NCBI RefSeq assembly: GCF_000315625.1
Contig: NW_005434665.1
Span: 1,074,463 to 1,138,462 of the forward strand
Origin: Guillardia theta CCMP2712
Lineage: Eukaryota; Protista; Cryptophyta
DNA: 64,000 bases
Direction: 5' to 3'
Shown here: positions 37,585 through 50,806 of the stretch, piece after piece
How positions within the stretch are numbered: the stretch's first letter is position 1
How the letters are laid out: every line of letters begins with the position of its first letter
Notes under the pieces: model-generated
What the model saw: only the letters and a program-made list of their open reading frames with translations
Databases searched by the model: none
What the model was told of the DNA's origin: nothing
Translations under genes and position numbers: made by a program

Positions 37585-39880
37585 ATGCCGACGCAAAAAC
37601 AAGGCAAGGCCGTCAAGGCAAGTGGGAGCTCTGCCCCACCCGTGAACGAGCATGTTGCCCTTGAGGAGGAGCGCATGCAGGTCATCAGCGCTTGGATGTA
37701 CGAGCATTGCTCTCGCTACGGGCTGGATGAAGCCTTGCAAGGTAATCAGCCTGTTCTTGTGGCTTCTCCCGTGACAGATTGGCTCAGGTCTCATTCAAAG
37801 CATGTCACGGAAGTACCACATCACACACGAGAAACTAGCTGAGAAAGCAGATCCCATTGGCCAGCTGCGACGATGGATCGAAGCTCGGGAGGTGATTTCT
37901 TTGCTCATACCGTGCTTATTGTAAGTTTTCTTTCTCAGTTCAACCTGGCCCTCCGAGAATTTGATTTTGTATGCACTGACGATGATCTGGAGAAATCCCC
38001 TGGATCCGTGTTCTGGCGAGCCTTCAATGAGCTCAAGATTCAGGCAGCATTGAAAGAGCTGAAGAGCGACAGCATGGATTTGGAACAGTTTCGTCAGAAC
38101 GTGCAAATGTTGTTTCCTTGGCAAACCAAAAACAAACAAGATGAAAACTTCAAAGAAGTGAATGCTTTTCGCAGTGACAGTCTTTCTATTTCAAAGAAAG
38201 ATCTACCAAAACTATTTGGTGCGTAACAATACCACCTTATTGAATCTAGCTTACTTGATCTTTTCCAGCGAAATATCCCGTGGAGAATTTGGATGCTGTC
38301 ATGAAGGAATTTTGGACACATCTCGCCAGCACCCAGAAACCAACAATGCTTGAGATCATTGCCAGAGATATCAGCTCCGGAAAATATGCACCAAGTTTCA
38401 GCAAACAATCCGACCCAAAACAAATTGTAGTTGACGAAAAGGATCAAGAGGAGGCAGGTGACCCTGAAAGTGCTCCAGTGCCTGTCCAAGAAGAATCCAA
38501 GACATCACGCCGTACGCGGGCCATCAACAAGAAAGACGAAAACTCAAAAGTTGCGGAAATTGAAGAAATTCCCAGTGAGAAGCAAACTCAAGTGGCTGTG
38601 AATGCTGAGGCTGAAGAGGACAATGCGAACGAGGACAAGGACGCCTCACGTGCATATTTTGACATGTCTGCATGGGACCTTCGTGATGCCCTCAGATTAG
38701 CTTGTGGACGAGACGACGAGGGGGACTGGACTGAAATACATCAGGTGCTGTCTGTTTGTTCTTTGATTCTCCTTGATTTCGTTTCTTTCTTTCGAACAGC
38801 AAGTCCATCCTGACGTCGTAGAAGTTCTGAAAGAACTCTCCGGCCGCAAGGGAAAGCCAACCAAGCAGCAGGCATCTGAAGAAGTCCAACATCCAGCAGA
38901 AGATGAATCTGCTCCTGAAAAAGCAGCAAAAGCAAAGTGGACGATGCATTTTCTACCTGTTTGGCTTTGACTCGATTTACCAGGAATACCGAATCTGCCG
39001 CTGCGTCAAAACGCTCCAAAGCAGCAGAAAAAGTGCCAAGTGATGATGAAGTAGAATTCGTGCAGCCCAAATCTAGGGCTGCCAGGAAGCATCGAAAACG
39101 GCAAGAAGAGGAATCAGAGGAAGAAAATGCTCCGTCTGGTGGCAAGGAGAATGCAAATCCTCGTAAGAGCAGTCGTACCACGCCAAAAAAAGCAGCACAA
39201 GATGTGTCCGCTGAGGATGCGGTACTTATCAAAACTTTGCGAGAGAAGAGAAGGTGAGATGTCAAACCTGAATGCGACGTTCTGATTTGGTTGCAAGCGA
39301 TCTTTTGAGCAAAGGGAAGGATCCCTTAGAAGAAGTTTTGCAGCAGAGCAATTCGACCACGACTAGAAAATCCCCAGCAAAGTCAAAACGAAAAAATCTT
39401 CTCGACCCGCCCGATGAAGGCAAGAGTTTGCAAGTGAGCCAAGACCAAAGTTGCTTTCTCGTATGGTTGACACTTGTGGCGGAACAGTGGGACACAGATG
39501 ACGAGAGCGACGAAGCCATCAAGTTAGCCACTCCCAAGAACGACTACCGACCTAAAGACTTCACGAATCAAGACTCCACCCCTCAGAAGCGGAAAGCTGA
39601 TGCGGCTGGTAAGGGTTATATCAGATGGACGGCTGAGGAGGAGGAGACCTTGCGGAAAGGGATTGAAAGGTCTGACTGGTGTCAACGATCCTCCCAGCAC
39701 TGATCGTCCGTGTTCAGGTATGGGCCGAGCAAATGGACAATGATCTTGTCAAACTTCGACTTCCATCCTTCTCGCTCAGCTGTGGACCTGAAAGATAAGT
39801 GGCGAAATCTTCAAAAGTAATCTCCTCGCACATTCGAAATCCTCTCACGAATTTGTAGGAAACAACGAAGCAGCATGTAA
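37585..39880 (+). CDS. Telomere repeat-binding factor-like protein with a C-terminal telobox Myb domain
   Basis: RWTAEEEETLRKGIE|RYGPSKWTMILSNFDFHPSRSAVDLKDKWRNL (telobox LKDKWRN); helical N-terminus and a long disordered basic/acidic linker. Confidence 0.85.
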
Positions 39881-40217
39881 TTTAAAATTTTCCTGGACGA
39901 GACTTCTACTTCAATAGGTAATTGTGAGTGCAAGCAATTGATCGATTGTTGACACCACCCAAGTAACAGGAACCTAATCAACTAGCTACAATATTGCTTG
40001 CTTGCTTGATTTTCTATTCAATAAATCTAAATTTTCTCCTCCAGATGCCTTATTTACATGTTTTTTGAAGTAGAATTTCAATGAGCTCATTTGATTCATC
40101 ATCTGAAAACAAAAATCACAACCCCAACCCCCGGCTTCGTAACACGAACAGTCATGCAAACAAGAAATAGTGCATTTTCTCAGCAAGCAATTAGCTGACA
40201 GGGCTCACCTTGAAGGC

Positions 40218-40982
40218 CTATGGTTCACTTGCAGCCTCTTCTGCTTCCTTGGGAGGAGCATGCATATCATAATCCTCCATGTCCAGCTGCTGTCACGTCA
40301 GAACCTTAACACGATCAAGGGCGAACAAACCTCATCGAGGGGGCAGGTGCAGATTGTGTGATCATCAGTGTCTGCTACAACACACTCGCATCCATCCTCG
40401 TACTTCATGCTCGTAGGGTTCGGGGGATTGCCTGGAAACTGCGGCGGGTTCGGCACGAAATTTCTCGGACAATGACAGACAATTTCCTTGTTCACAACCC
40501 TGGTGACTTGATCGTATGGCTGCTCACAGACACAGTCTCCCTGGAGTTCTGTTGGAAAACAAACATCATATTTGTAATCACATCCTGACGACAAGACCAG
40601 TACCTGCATCAATGTTCCATGCCCGCCCCTTAGCCCAGTCAGGGGTGGCTTGCGGAGGCAAGTAGGTCAAACCATCGTTCTGTCCACCTTTGGAGCCTAC
40701 AGAGAAGTATCCTGGATGATTCAGGAACATGCTCCCTTGCCCCAGCTTCTGCATCCTCATCCTCAGCATCCGCTGAGCGCGAGGAAACGGCCGAGCCATC
40801 ACGAGCTGCAACTTCTCCGAAGCGCGTGGCGAGTGGAGGAGGGAGGAAGAGACGACGAGGACAAGCAGACAGCCAGCACCAAGAAGAATCCTCAACCTAG
40901 AGGAGGAGGAGGAGGAGGAAGAGGAGGAGGAGGAGGAGGAGGAGAGGAGGGGAGAAGCAGGATCCCTCTCTCCACACGCCAT
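40218..40982 (-). CDS. Type II membrane / secreted Cys-rich hypothetical protein
   Basis: TM ILLGAGCLLVLVV followed by CxC motifs (DCVCE, VCHCP, GCECV, ICTCP); last exon ...EAASEP* at 40218. Confidence 0.55.
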
Positions 40983-41587
40983 TGCGAAGAGGCAGCTCAG
41001 AACTCATCTCCCTCATATTCAATCTCATCGGCCGGGCCGGGCCCGGGCCCGGCCCGCTGGTTAAACTCACAGTTGAGTAAACGTTTTCCACGTAGGCTGC
41101 TGGCAATGGAGGTGAGGCAGGGAGGCGACGGAGGAGGAGGAGGAGGAGGAGAAACAGCATCAGCTGCTTCTGGGATGGCAGAGGAGACCTGCAGAGATGT
41201 GTAGCAATGACGCGGAAGAGGATGATGTTGTTGCCTCCATGCCTCTGATCGACGCGATGTTGTTGTACATACTCCGCATGAGTTTGTGCTTGTAGTTGCA
41301 ATTGAAAGTGATACAGTCATGTTGTCTGGAATTTTGAGGAGATTTGTGAGTTTCTTTTATATCATCTTCTATGCTGAGTAGAACTCCTGCTTTTCCTGAA
41401 GTATGGCTCTTTGTTCTCGTTGATGTGAAGTGAAAAAACGAGTACGAAATTGTTGTTTGAATATTTCTGAATGAGTGCCTAATAGTTTGAGTATCAGGTT
41501 TGAGTTGTTTTCCAATCTCGATCTCTTCAGTTATTGCGTTTGTGTTGAGAGCACCGTAATCGCTGGAGCATTGCTGCGGAAAGCAAG

Positions 41588-44500
41588 ATGGAGGAGCTTC
41601 AGACCCAACTCGACGCGGCCCAGGTTGAGATCAAGAACAAGGATGATCAGCTTGCTAAGGCTAAACGGATGATGGTAGCGCTGAACAACAAGTTCAAGGC
41701 AAAATTTTCTGCTCAAGAAGCGAAGATGAAAGAGCTGCAGGAGAACGCTTCTCCTAGCATTCCCGCCGACAACAGTGAGCTTCTAGCGCTTCAACATAAG
41801 GCGTCTCAACTCCAGGAGGAGGTGAAGGCTTGCCATGAAAAGCTTGCGGATGCTACGAAGAGAGAAGAGCTGCTTTCCTCTCAGCTTCAAGAGAAAGAAG
41901 CAAGCTCCAAACACAATTCTGATCTTGTGGTCAAGGAGATTGAAGCCCTCAAGAAGATGAACGTAGAGTTGATAGAGCAGCAAGAGGGGTTGCAATCGGA
42001 GCTGGATAGCAAGCAAGAGCGGATCCAGTCGATGGAGATTGCAAACCAACAGCTACAAGATCAGATCGTTAAGCTCAGTGAAGCTCTTGCAGAAATTCAA
42101 TCGAAGTTGCCTGAGAAAGAGAACGAGATCGCTGAACTTGCCGAGGCTGTTGAGGAGCGAGACAGAATCATTGAGACAGCGAAAGAGAAGTTCATGAGCA
42201 TGTCTCAGAAAGCTAAGACAGCAATATCGCAACGTGATGAGGAGCTGGCTGAGGTCAGGGAGGCTCTTGAAAACATACAAGGGGCACTCGCAGCCAGAGA
42301 GGAAGAGATTCAATCCCTGAAAGAGCAGCTGGCATCGTTGAGTGCCGAAAAGTCGGAAGAAGACAAACACGAATCTGTGCTGGAAGAGAGGCTCCAAACT
42401 CTTGTCGAAGAAACGAGCAGCTGAAAAGCGAGCTCGAACAGCTGAGGCTAGATCGCGAGAAGGCGATTGCTGTGAATGAGGAACAGGAGAACAATTTGCA
42501 GGAGTTGAACACCTTGCTGGCTGAGAAGCAGTCTTCCCTGCAAGAGGCCCTGGATGAACTTTCGTCTATGAAAGACCTGCACGAATCTGCGCTTGAAAGA
42601 TTCAAAGCAGAAACCGAACGACAACAACAGCACCTGGCGGAGGTGGAAGAGGAGATGAATAGCATCATCGAGAGCAAAGATGCGATGATCTTGGCGCTCG
42701 AGGGGAGGATTGGCGAGCTGCAGCAAGAGAAGGATGACTTGTCGACGGCAGCTGCCGAAGCTCAAGGGCAGAGTGGAGATATCGAGGAGCTGCAGCTGAA
42801 AGTGGAGCAGCTGAGGTCAGACCTTGCGTCGTCCCTCGAGCAAATCGAGTTGCTCGAGAAGGAGAATGAAGAGACGAAAGCTGCAATGGAAGTTCTGAAC
42901 GATCGCGTCAGTGAGCTTCAAGAAGAATCACGTGAAAAAGATGTCCAGATCGAATCCGAGAGAGAAGAGAAGTCCCATCTCCACCAACAACTGGAGCAAC
43001 ACCAGTCTGTTGCGCAAGAGCACATGCAGGAGGCTGAACGCCTCAAGAATGGTGTGCACAGTGTGTTCGTTTGCTCGCACTGACACAGCATCTTGTGCAG
43101 AGCTTGAGGCGGTGCGACAGACTTGCGATGAATTGAAGGAGCAGTTGCTACACAGCCAGACCTCTCAAACCGTATGATGCCGCATTCCATGCTTGCAGGC
43201 AGCTGACGTGCTTCCTTGCAGGCTGAGAGCAGGAGTGACGAAAAGGAGGAGAAGGACCAGAAGGAGGAGGAGAGCAAGAAAGCGGACATGGAGAAGATTG
43301 AGAAGATGGTGGGGAGGAAGGACATGGGCCACGAGGAGGAGGATGGATGGGGCGAAGATGGCTGGGGAGACGAAGAAGACTCATCAGGTGAAATGGGATC
43401 AAATTTGATTGAAAGCACCGAAGGAGACTTGAGGGCCTCACAAGAGACTGTCATGGTGTCCTCAGGCTCCTCCGACGCGCAATTCTCCAAGACGACGGAG
43501 GGAGGACGGGAAGCTGCTGGGATCGAGGAGCTGCGGGAGCAGCTGCTGCATACCCAGCTCGAAGCGCAGAAGGCCAAGGAGTCATTTGAGGTTGCTGCTG
43601 CTGTGCTGTAAACGCCTCGTTGCTGATGAGAGGACCGCAGGTGAATTGGGAAGCTCTCTGCAACGCTCAGAGTATGGTCAAAGCGTTGGAGAGGGAGAAA
43701 GAAGAACTCCTGGAGGCTGTTAGAGGAAAGGCTTGGGAGGAGGAGGAGATTGCAAGGATGGAGGAAGAGCTGAGAGCGCTCCGAGACTGTCTGGGGGAGA
43801 AGGAGAGTGTCATTGCGCAGCTGAGGTCAGAGCTGGAGGCTGCTGGAGGTTGTCCCGATGAGCAGGAGAGCAGCAAGGCAGAGGATGCTCATCAGGAATG
43901 CCTCGAGCAGATGGAGGAGCTGAAGGAGAATCTGAGCAGCAGGGAAAGAGAAGTGGAAGAAGCTAGGAAGCAGGTTGAGGATCTCAGGGAGCAGTTGGCG
44001 AGGCAGGAAGAGGAGCGGTTGCAGTTGCTGGAGAATCTGGAGGCGAAGGAGCAGATGTTGAGCGAAGCGAGCGCGAAGGACGAGGAGGAGAAGGACAGTG
44101 TGGATGAGATAGACAAGATGAAAGAGGTACAAGCTGATCTCGAGGACATCCTCGCTAGGAGGGAGGAACGCATCCGACAGCTGGAGGCTGAGCTGGAAAG
44201 GATGAAGGAGCAGGCAAGGGAAGCTGAAGCCGAGATGGAGAAGCTCTCGGCCTTGCAGGTGGAGTGTGAGGAATGGAAGCAGCAGGTTGCAAGAAGCGAA
44301 GAAGAGGTGGGAGCACTCAGGGGGGAGGTCAACCGGCTGCAGGAAGCGCTACAAGCCTCGCAAGGACCTTCTCGTGAGGAAGAGGAGGAGGAAGGAGGAA
44401 GGATGGAGAGGCATGACGAGCCTGCTGAGTCCATCGCAAGCTACCAGCTCGCGATCCAAGAGCTGGACGTTCACTGCAAGGAGTACCAGAGGAAGCTGAT

Positions 44501-46507
44501 GGAGGCTGAAGAAAGCCTCGCGCGCATGAGGAATGAAGCTCAGGGGAGCCAAGAGTTGAGGACGCGGCTCGAGGAGGAAGAGGAGAAGCTGAAGGAGCAG
44601 AACAAGGTCATGGCGGAGCTGGAGGAGAAGGTGATGGAGCTGGAGGGAGCGAGAGATGAGCTTCAGGCAGCGAACGACCAGATCGAGGAGGACAAGCAGC
44701 AGATGGCAAGCAAGTTATCCACGTGCGAGGAGAGGATTTCAGAGCTTGAAGCCGAGCTGCACTGCAGGGAGGAGACAACCCAGGTCAAGGAGGCGCAGCT
44801 GAAGTCGAAGCTGGAGGAAAGCAGGGAGAAGATCAACAATCTCACCAGCGAGCTGCAGTCGATGAAGGAGGAGCTCGAGCAGGGATCAACGGGCCAGCAA
44901 CAGCAGCAGCAGGAGGAGGCAGAACACCTTGCTGCTCAGCTGTTGAGCTGTGAGCAGCTAGCGGAGCTGTGCGATGGGGCGCTGGAGCGGGTCTGTTGTG
45001 CCGTGAGCGAGATGAAGGACCAGGTCTCTACCAAGATGCAGAAGATGCAGGGCGAGATAGACCAACTGTGTGCACAGGACGAGGAGCATGGAAAGGTTGT
45101 ACAGGAGAAGGAGGGCTTGATCGCCGAGCTGAGGGCAGAGGTTGTGAAGCTGCAGGAGGAGGATACTTCGCAGCAGCTCCGGGCTGAGCTGGAAGGGGTC
45201 AAGGCTGAGCTGCTGGAGAAGAAGCAGCAGCTGGCGAAGTCAGAGGAGGAGGAGGCAGAGAGGATCAGGGGCACCGATGAGGTTATGCAAGAGTTGCAGT
45301 CGCGGGAGAAGGAGCTCACGGTCAAGTGCGAGGAGCTGGCAGTGAAGTACGAGGAGGCGCAAGCGCTGTCCGCCAAGTTGTCTGCTGAAGTCGAGGAGAT
45401 GACGGAGAGACTGGCGATGGCGGAGGAGCAGGGAGGGAGCAACGAGCAGCTGCAGGCGGACATCGAAGAGTGTCGCAGAAATATCAAACAGCTGCAGGAG
45501 GAGCTGGACGCTGCGAGAGGTTCTCAGCAAGAGGCCGTCAGTAAGGTGTTGAAGTTCCTGCTCCAGCCCCTGCCCCTGCCCCTGCCCCTGCCCCTGCCCC
45601 TGCCCCTCCTCCTGCTCCTTCTTCTGCTGCTGGTCCTGCTACTCTCGCTCCTGCTCCTTTTTCCAGTCTCTGGGTTGTTTTCCAGAAACTCACTTGATCA
45701 TACTTTAGCTTGAGGCGTTGTCTAACGACAAGTCTGCTTTGGAGGCGAAACTTCAAAAGTAAGATGATGATGATGATGATGATGGAGATGATGATGATGG
45801 AGATGATGATGATGATGGAGATGATGATGGAGATGATGATGATGATGGAGATGATGATGATGATGATGATGGAGATGATGATGATGGAGATGATGATGAT
45901 GATGGAGATGATGATGATGATGGAGATGATGATGATGGAGATGATGATGGAGATGATGATGATGATGATGAGGTGGTGGTGGTGGTGTGATGGAGATGAT
46001 GATGGAGATATCGGTATTGGCACTCATCGTTTGCTCCATGGGCAGGTACGAGGATCAGCTCATTAAGCAGGGAGAGAGACTAGCAAGCCTGCAGCTTGTG
46101 GAGGAGGAGCTGCAGGAGGCACGAAGAGGCGGAGGATCCGAATCAGGAGAGCGAGTGAAGGAGGTAAGGCGACGAGGAGCAAGGGAGGGGAGGGACGCGG
46201 GGAGGGGAGGAGGAAGGAGGGATGCGTTGGTGTCTGAACCTTGTCCTAGCTGGAAGATCAGCTGGCAAGTGAGCGGAGCGCGAAGATGCGAGCGCAGGAG
46301 GAGAAGCAAGCTGTGATGGAGACACTTCAGAATTTCACTGAGAACCTGAGGAACAAGGAAGAAATCATCCAGGAGCTGAAGAAGGGATGGAGCAGATGGG
46401 CAGGGAGAGCTCGGCTGCTCCTGCTGGCGGCGCTGGAGAGGGCGATGATGAACGGGTGGCGGAGTTGGAGGCCAAGCTGAAGAAGGTTGGCAGAGAGGAG
46501 GAGCGTG

Positions 46508-46542
<35 letters not shown>

Positions 46543-47887
46543 AGCAGGAGGAGCAGGAGGAGCAGGAGGAGCAGTGATCAATCTTGGCAGGTAATGCAGG
46601 ATGCAAAGAAGGTTGTAGAGAAATACAAGGTGATTGGCATGCATCCGTCTAAAGACAATAATGAACATGGAGATTATGACAATGCCGATGAAACTGTTGT
46701 TGATGATGGTGGTGGTGGCGATCTTTGTGGTGGTGACTGTGATGGTGATCGTGAAGGTAGTGGTGGTTGTGGTGGTGATAGAGATGACGTTGATAGAGAT
46801 GATGAAAGTGATGGTACCAGTAGTGATCTTCGAGCTGATGACGACGAACGAACAGGCTCAAGAAGAAGACTTGAAGAGGCGGAAGGATGAGCTAGAGGAG
46901 GCCAACATGGCTCTACAGCAAGTGAGTGCAAGTTGTTCATACCGCCATGAAGCTGATCGCGAAACAGGAGCTAGACAAGATGAAGGGAGGAGGAGCAGGA
47001 GGAGAAGGAGCAGGAGGGGGATCTCAAAGAGAGGTGGTTGCGAACTCGATCATCTCATCTTCTGCTCCTTCACGTCCTCTCACGTGCATGTTTGTTTGAC
47101 TGCAGGACTTGGAGCTGATGATTGCGACTCTGAAGCAGCAAGTGGCGATGAAGGACGAAGAGCTCGAGGGATCGCGGGGAAAACTCACTCAGTTCAAGAA
47201 AGTGGCAGAAGAGAAGATAAAGCTTGACAGAGAAAAATACTTGTCTCACCTGCAAAGTTTGAAGGATGGAACTGCTGATTCAGGTGGAATTATTTCTTGT
47301 CGCCTCAGTTCCTGCTACTGCTCCCACTGCTGCTCCTTCTGCTCTTGCTTCTTCCCTCACTGCTTCTTCCCTCACTGCTTCTCTTCCCTCACTGCTTCCC
47401 TCACTGCTTCTCTTCTTGCTCTGAATTCAATGCAGCCGAGCCTGTGGAAGGAAGTAAGCTCGAAGAAGAAGAGCATAGAGAAAGAGTGAGTTTGGTTGAT
47501 GATGATAGTGATGGAGATGATGGAGATGGTGGTGGTGGTGGTGGTGGTGGTGGTGGTGGTGGTGGTGGTGGTAGTGGTGGTGGTGGTGGTGGTGGTGGTG
47601 GTGGTAGCGGTGGTGGTGGTGGTGGTGGTGGTGGTAGTGGTGGTGGTGGTGGTGGTAGCGGTGGTGGTGGTGGTGGTGGTGGTGGTGGTGGTGGTGGTGG
47701 TGATGATGATGATGATGATGATGATAAGGATGGTGGTGGTGATGATGATGACATTCGCTATTCTCCAATTGCTGTGTGTGGGTGTGCCCTGACGATTGGG
47801 ATAGGGAGCTGACGAAGACTTCGAGACGCCGGAAGTTCTCAACAATGTCGCCAGGGGTGTCGGGTCTTTCATCAAGGGACTGTGGTG
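41588..47887 (+). CDS. Very long acidic coiled-coil protein (golgin/tether-like)
   Basis: E/Q/K/L heptad-rich ORFs 41588-42424, 42421-43083, 43216-43611 and 43620-45550, plus later small exons ending NNVARGVGSFIKGLW* (47885-47887). Confidence 0.75.
45762..46005 (+). repeat. Compound (ATG)n/GAG microsatellite in an intron
   Basis: Tandem GAT units punctuated by GAG, then (GGT)n. Confidence 0.95.
47496..47750 (+). repeat. (GGT)n/(GAT)n microsatellite in an intron
   Basis: Roughly 170 bp of GGT with interspersed AGT/AGC, flanked by GAT runs. Confidence 0.95.
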
Positions 47888-48412
47888 ATCAGATAGCAGA
47901 GATATGACGAGAAGGAACAAGTGTCGAAGTTGTGATGATGATGATGATGATGATGATGATGACGACGACGATGATTGTGATGATGTCGAAGGATTGCCAG
48001 GCTTATCAATCCTTCAGACGAAGGACCATCCCTTTGACTTGTCTTGATGTTCTCAACTCGAGTCTGTCTTGTTGTCATGTCATACCCAATACAAGAGACA
48101 AGTGAGCTTTCAGACACAACTGCCTGTTCAACATGGTGCACCACCGACAGTTTAAAGCATTTCATTGCGATGACAAAAAGCAATCTTGGATCATTTTTTT
48201 CTCATCTCCTCATCCACGGGCGTCTCTCATCTTTCAAAATCCCAAAACGTCTTGAGAGGTTCTCTGGCAGGAGCTGCCGATAACTTTCCTCCTCCTCGTC
48301 CTCCTCCTCCCTTCCTCCTCCACGCCTCACTGTCACTTCCCTTCCTGTTCCCTTTCCTCCAAACTCCTCCCCCCACGTTCCTCCCCCCGTCCTCGTCCTC
48401 ATCCAATTCCTC

Positions 48413-49454
<1,042 letters not shown>

Positions 49455-49570
49455 CTATGACTCCAAATGTATGCTAATCAAGTGAATAATGGGCATGCAA
49501 CAAAGTTGAGTTGAGTCGAAACTCTCAAAAGATCTGCTACTTCACAAACCAACCACGTCACGACATTGAC

Positions 49571-50069
49571 TCAGGATAAGGTATCTTTGTCGGTTGATTG
49601 TTCCTTCCCCAACAAGACATTCTTCAAGCCTATTCTGTTGCTCAATGCTCTCATCTCCATGAATCTGCATTGGGCATTCCTCTTGTATCGTTCAGCCCTC
49701 TCCCGAACCGTATCTGTTCGGTTCTGAAAGCAATTTGACACCTGTACCTCGCCTTCAATTTCTTCTTTCAGCTTCTCCTCCTCTCCCCTCTCGAGGCTCT
49801 GTTCTACCCTCAAGGTCTCCTAGAGAGTGACTATCCGCATTCTGACATGTGCTTGATCTGTTTGACCGCGTTTCTCCCCTCCAATCTTCTTTCACCCGTT
49901 CCTCCCCTATTTCTCTCCTGCCCCTCTCTTACCTTCTGACCTCCTCGCTTGACTTCTCTTCATATCCTCCGTCCTCTCCCCCTCCCCTCTCTTGCCTCTC
50001 CTCTCCTCTCCTCTCCTCTCCTCTCCTCTCCTCCTCCTGCCCTCCTGCAACCAACCACTCGCCGCCATG
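49571..50069 (-). CDS. Possible small spliced hypothetical protein
   Basis: GCCATGGCGGCGAGTG start near 50069 and a charged helical ORF at 49571-49813; no homology recognised. Confidence 0.3.
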
Positions 50070-50806
50070 GCTTTCTTCAAAACTGAAGGTCTGTGAATGG
50101 TTTGGAATGGTATATCGTGAGGGGTGGGGTACCAAATTGTATCAAGGGGTGGGGGGACGCTTTCTGTTATGTACCCACTCTTTCGACTGTAAAATTACTC
50201 GAAAGTAGGGGTGAATGTTTCAAAGAGGCCGGGAGTTCAGGGGTAGTCGGTACCAGGGGTTTGAACAAAATGCTCGTTTTGAGGGGTAGGGGTGGAATTA
50301 GACAGGGTGTGTGGGATTTGGGGTGGGGGTGGAGGATTCGGGGGTGACTGGACGGGAATGAGATCGCCCGATGCTGATTGGAATGAGGAGGAGGAGGAGG
50401 AGGAGGAGGAGGAGGAGGAGGAGGAGGAGGAGGAGGAGCGAGCAGCAGCAGCGAGGAGGAGCGAGGAGGAGGAGGAGGAGGAGGAGCAGGAGGAGGAGGA
50501 GAGTGGTGAAGAAGGTGTGGTGATGTCAAGAGTCCAAAGTGTGGAGGGGGATGCAAGGAGAGTAGGGCATCAGGTACATGCGTTGAGTCGTTGACAACCG
50601 AGAAAAATCAGATGTCAGGATCGAAGAGAGGGACAACGAGAAAGATATGAGGAGGAGGGAGGGACAGGAGGAGGAGGAGGAGGAGGAGGATTTTGGGGAG
50701 GGAGGGGTTAGGAGGGAGGGGGTTGGGAGGGTTGGAAGTGATCGTGCTCGTGATCTGATCGCTCTGATGCAATCCTCAAAGGTTCCTCCTACTCTCGTTC
50801 ATCGCC

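Noticed and set aside
42404-42420. 17-nt GT-AG mini-intron that would fix the frameshift
   Set aside because: Far below the ~40-nt minimum seen elsewhere in the window; a 1-nt indel or the 44-nt intron is more plausible.
45538-46066. Poly-Met, poly-His and poly-Ile ORFs
   Set aside because: Translations of an intronic ATG/GAT microsatellite.
47297-47920. Poly-Gly/Val/Pro/Thr/His ORFs
   Set aside because: Artefacts of the (GGT)n intronic repeat.
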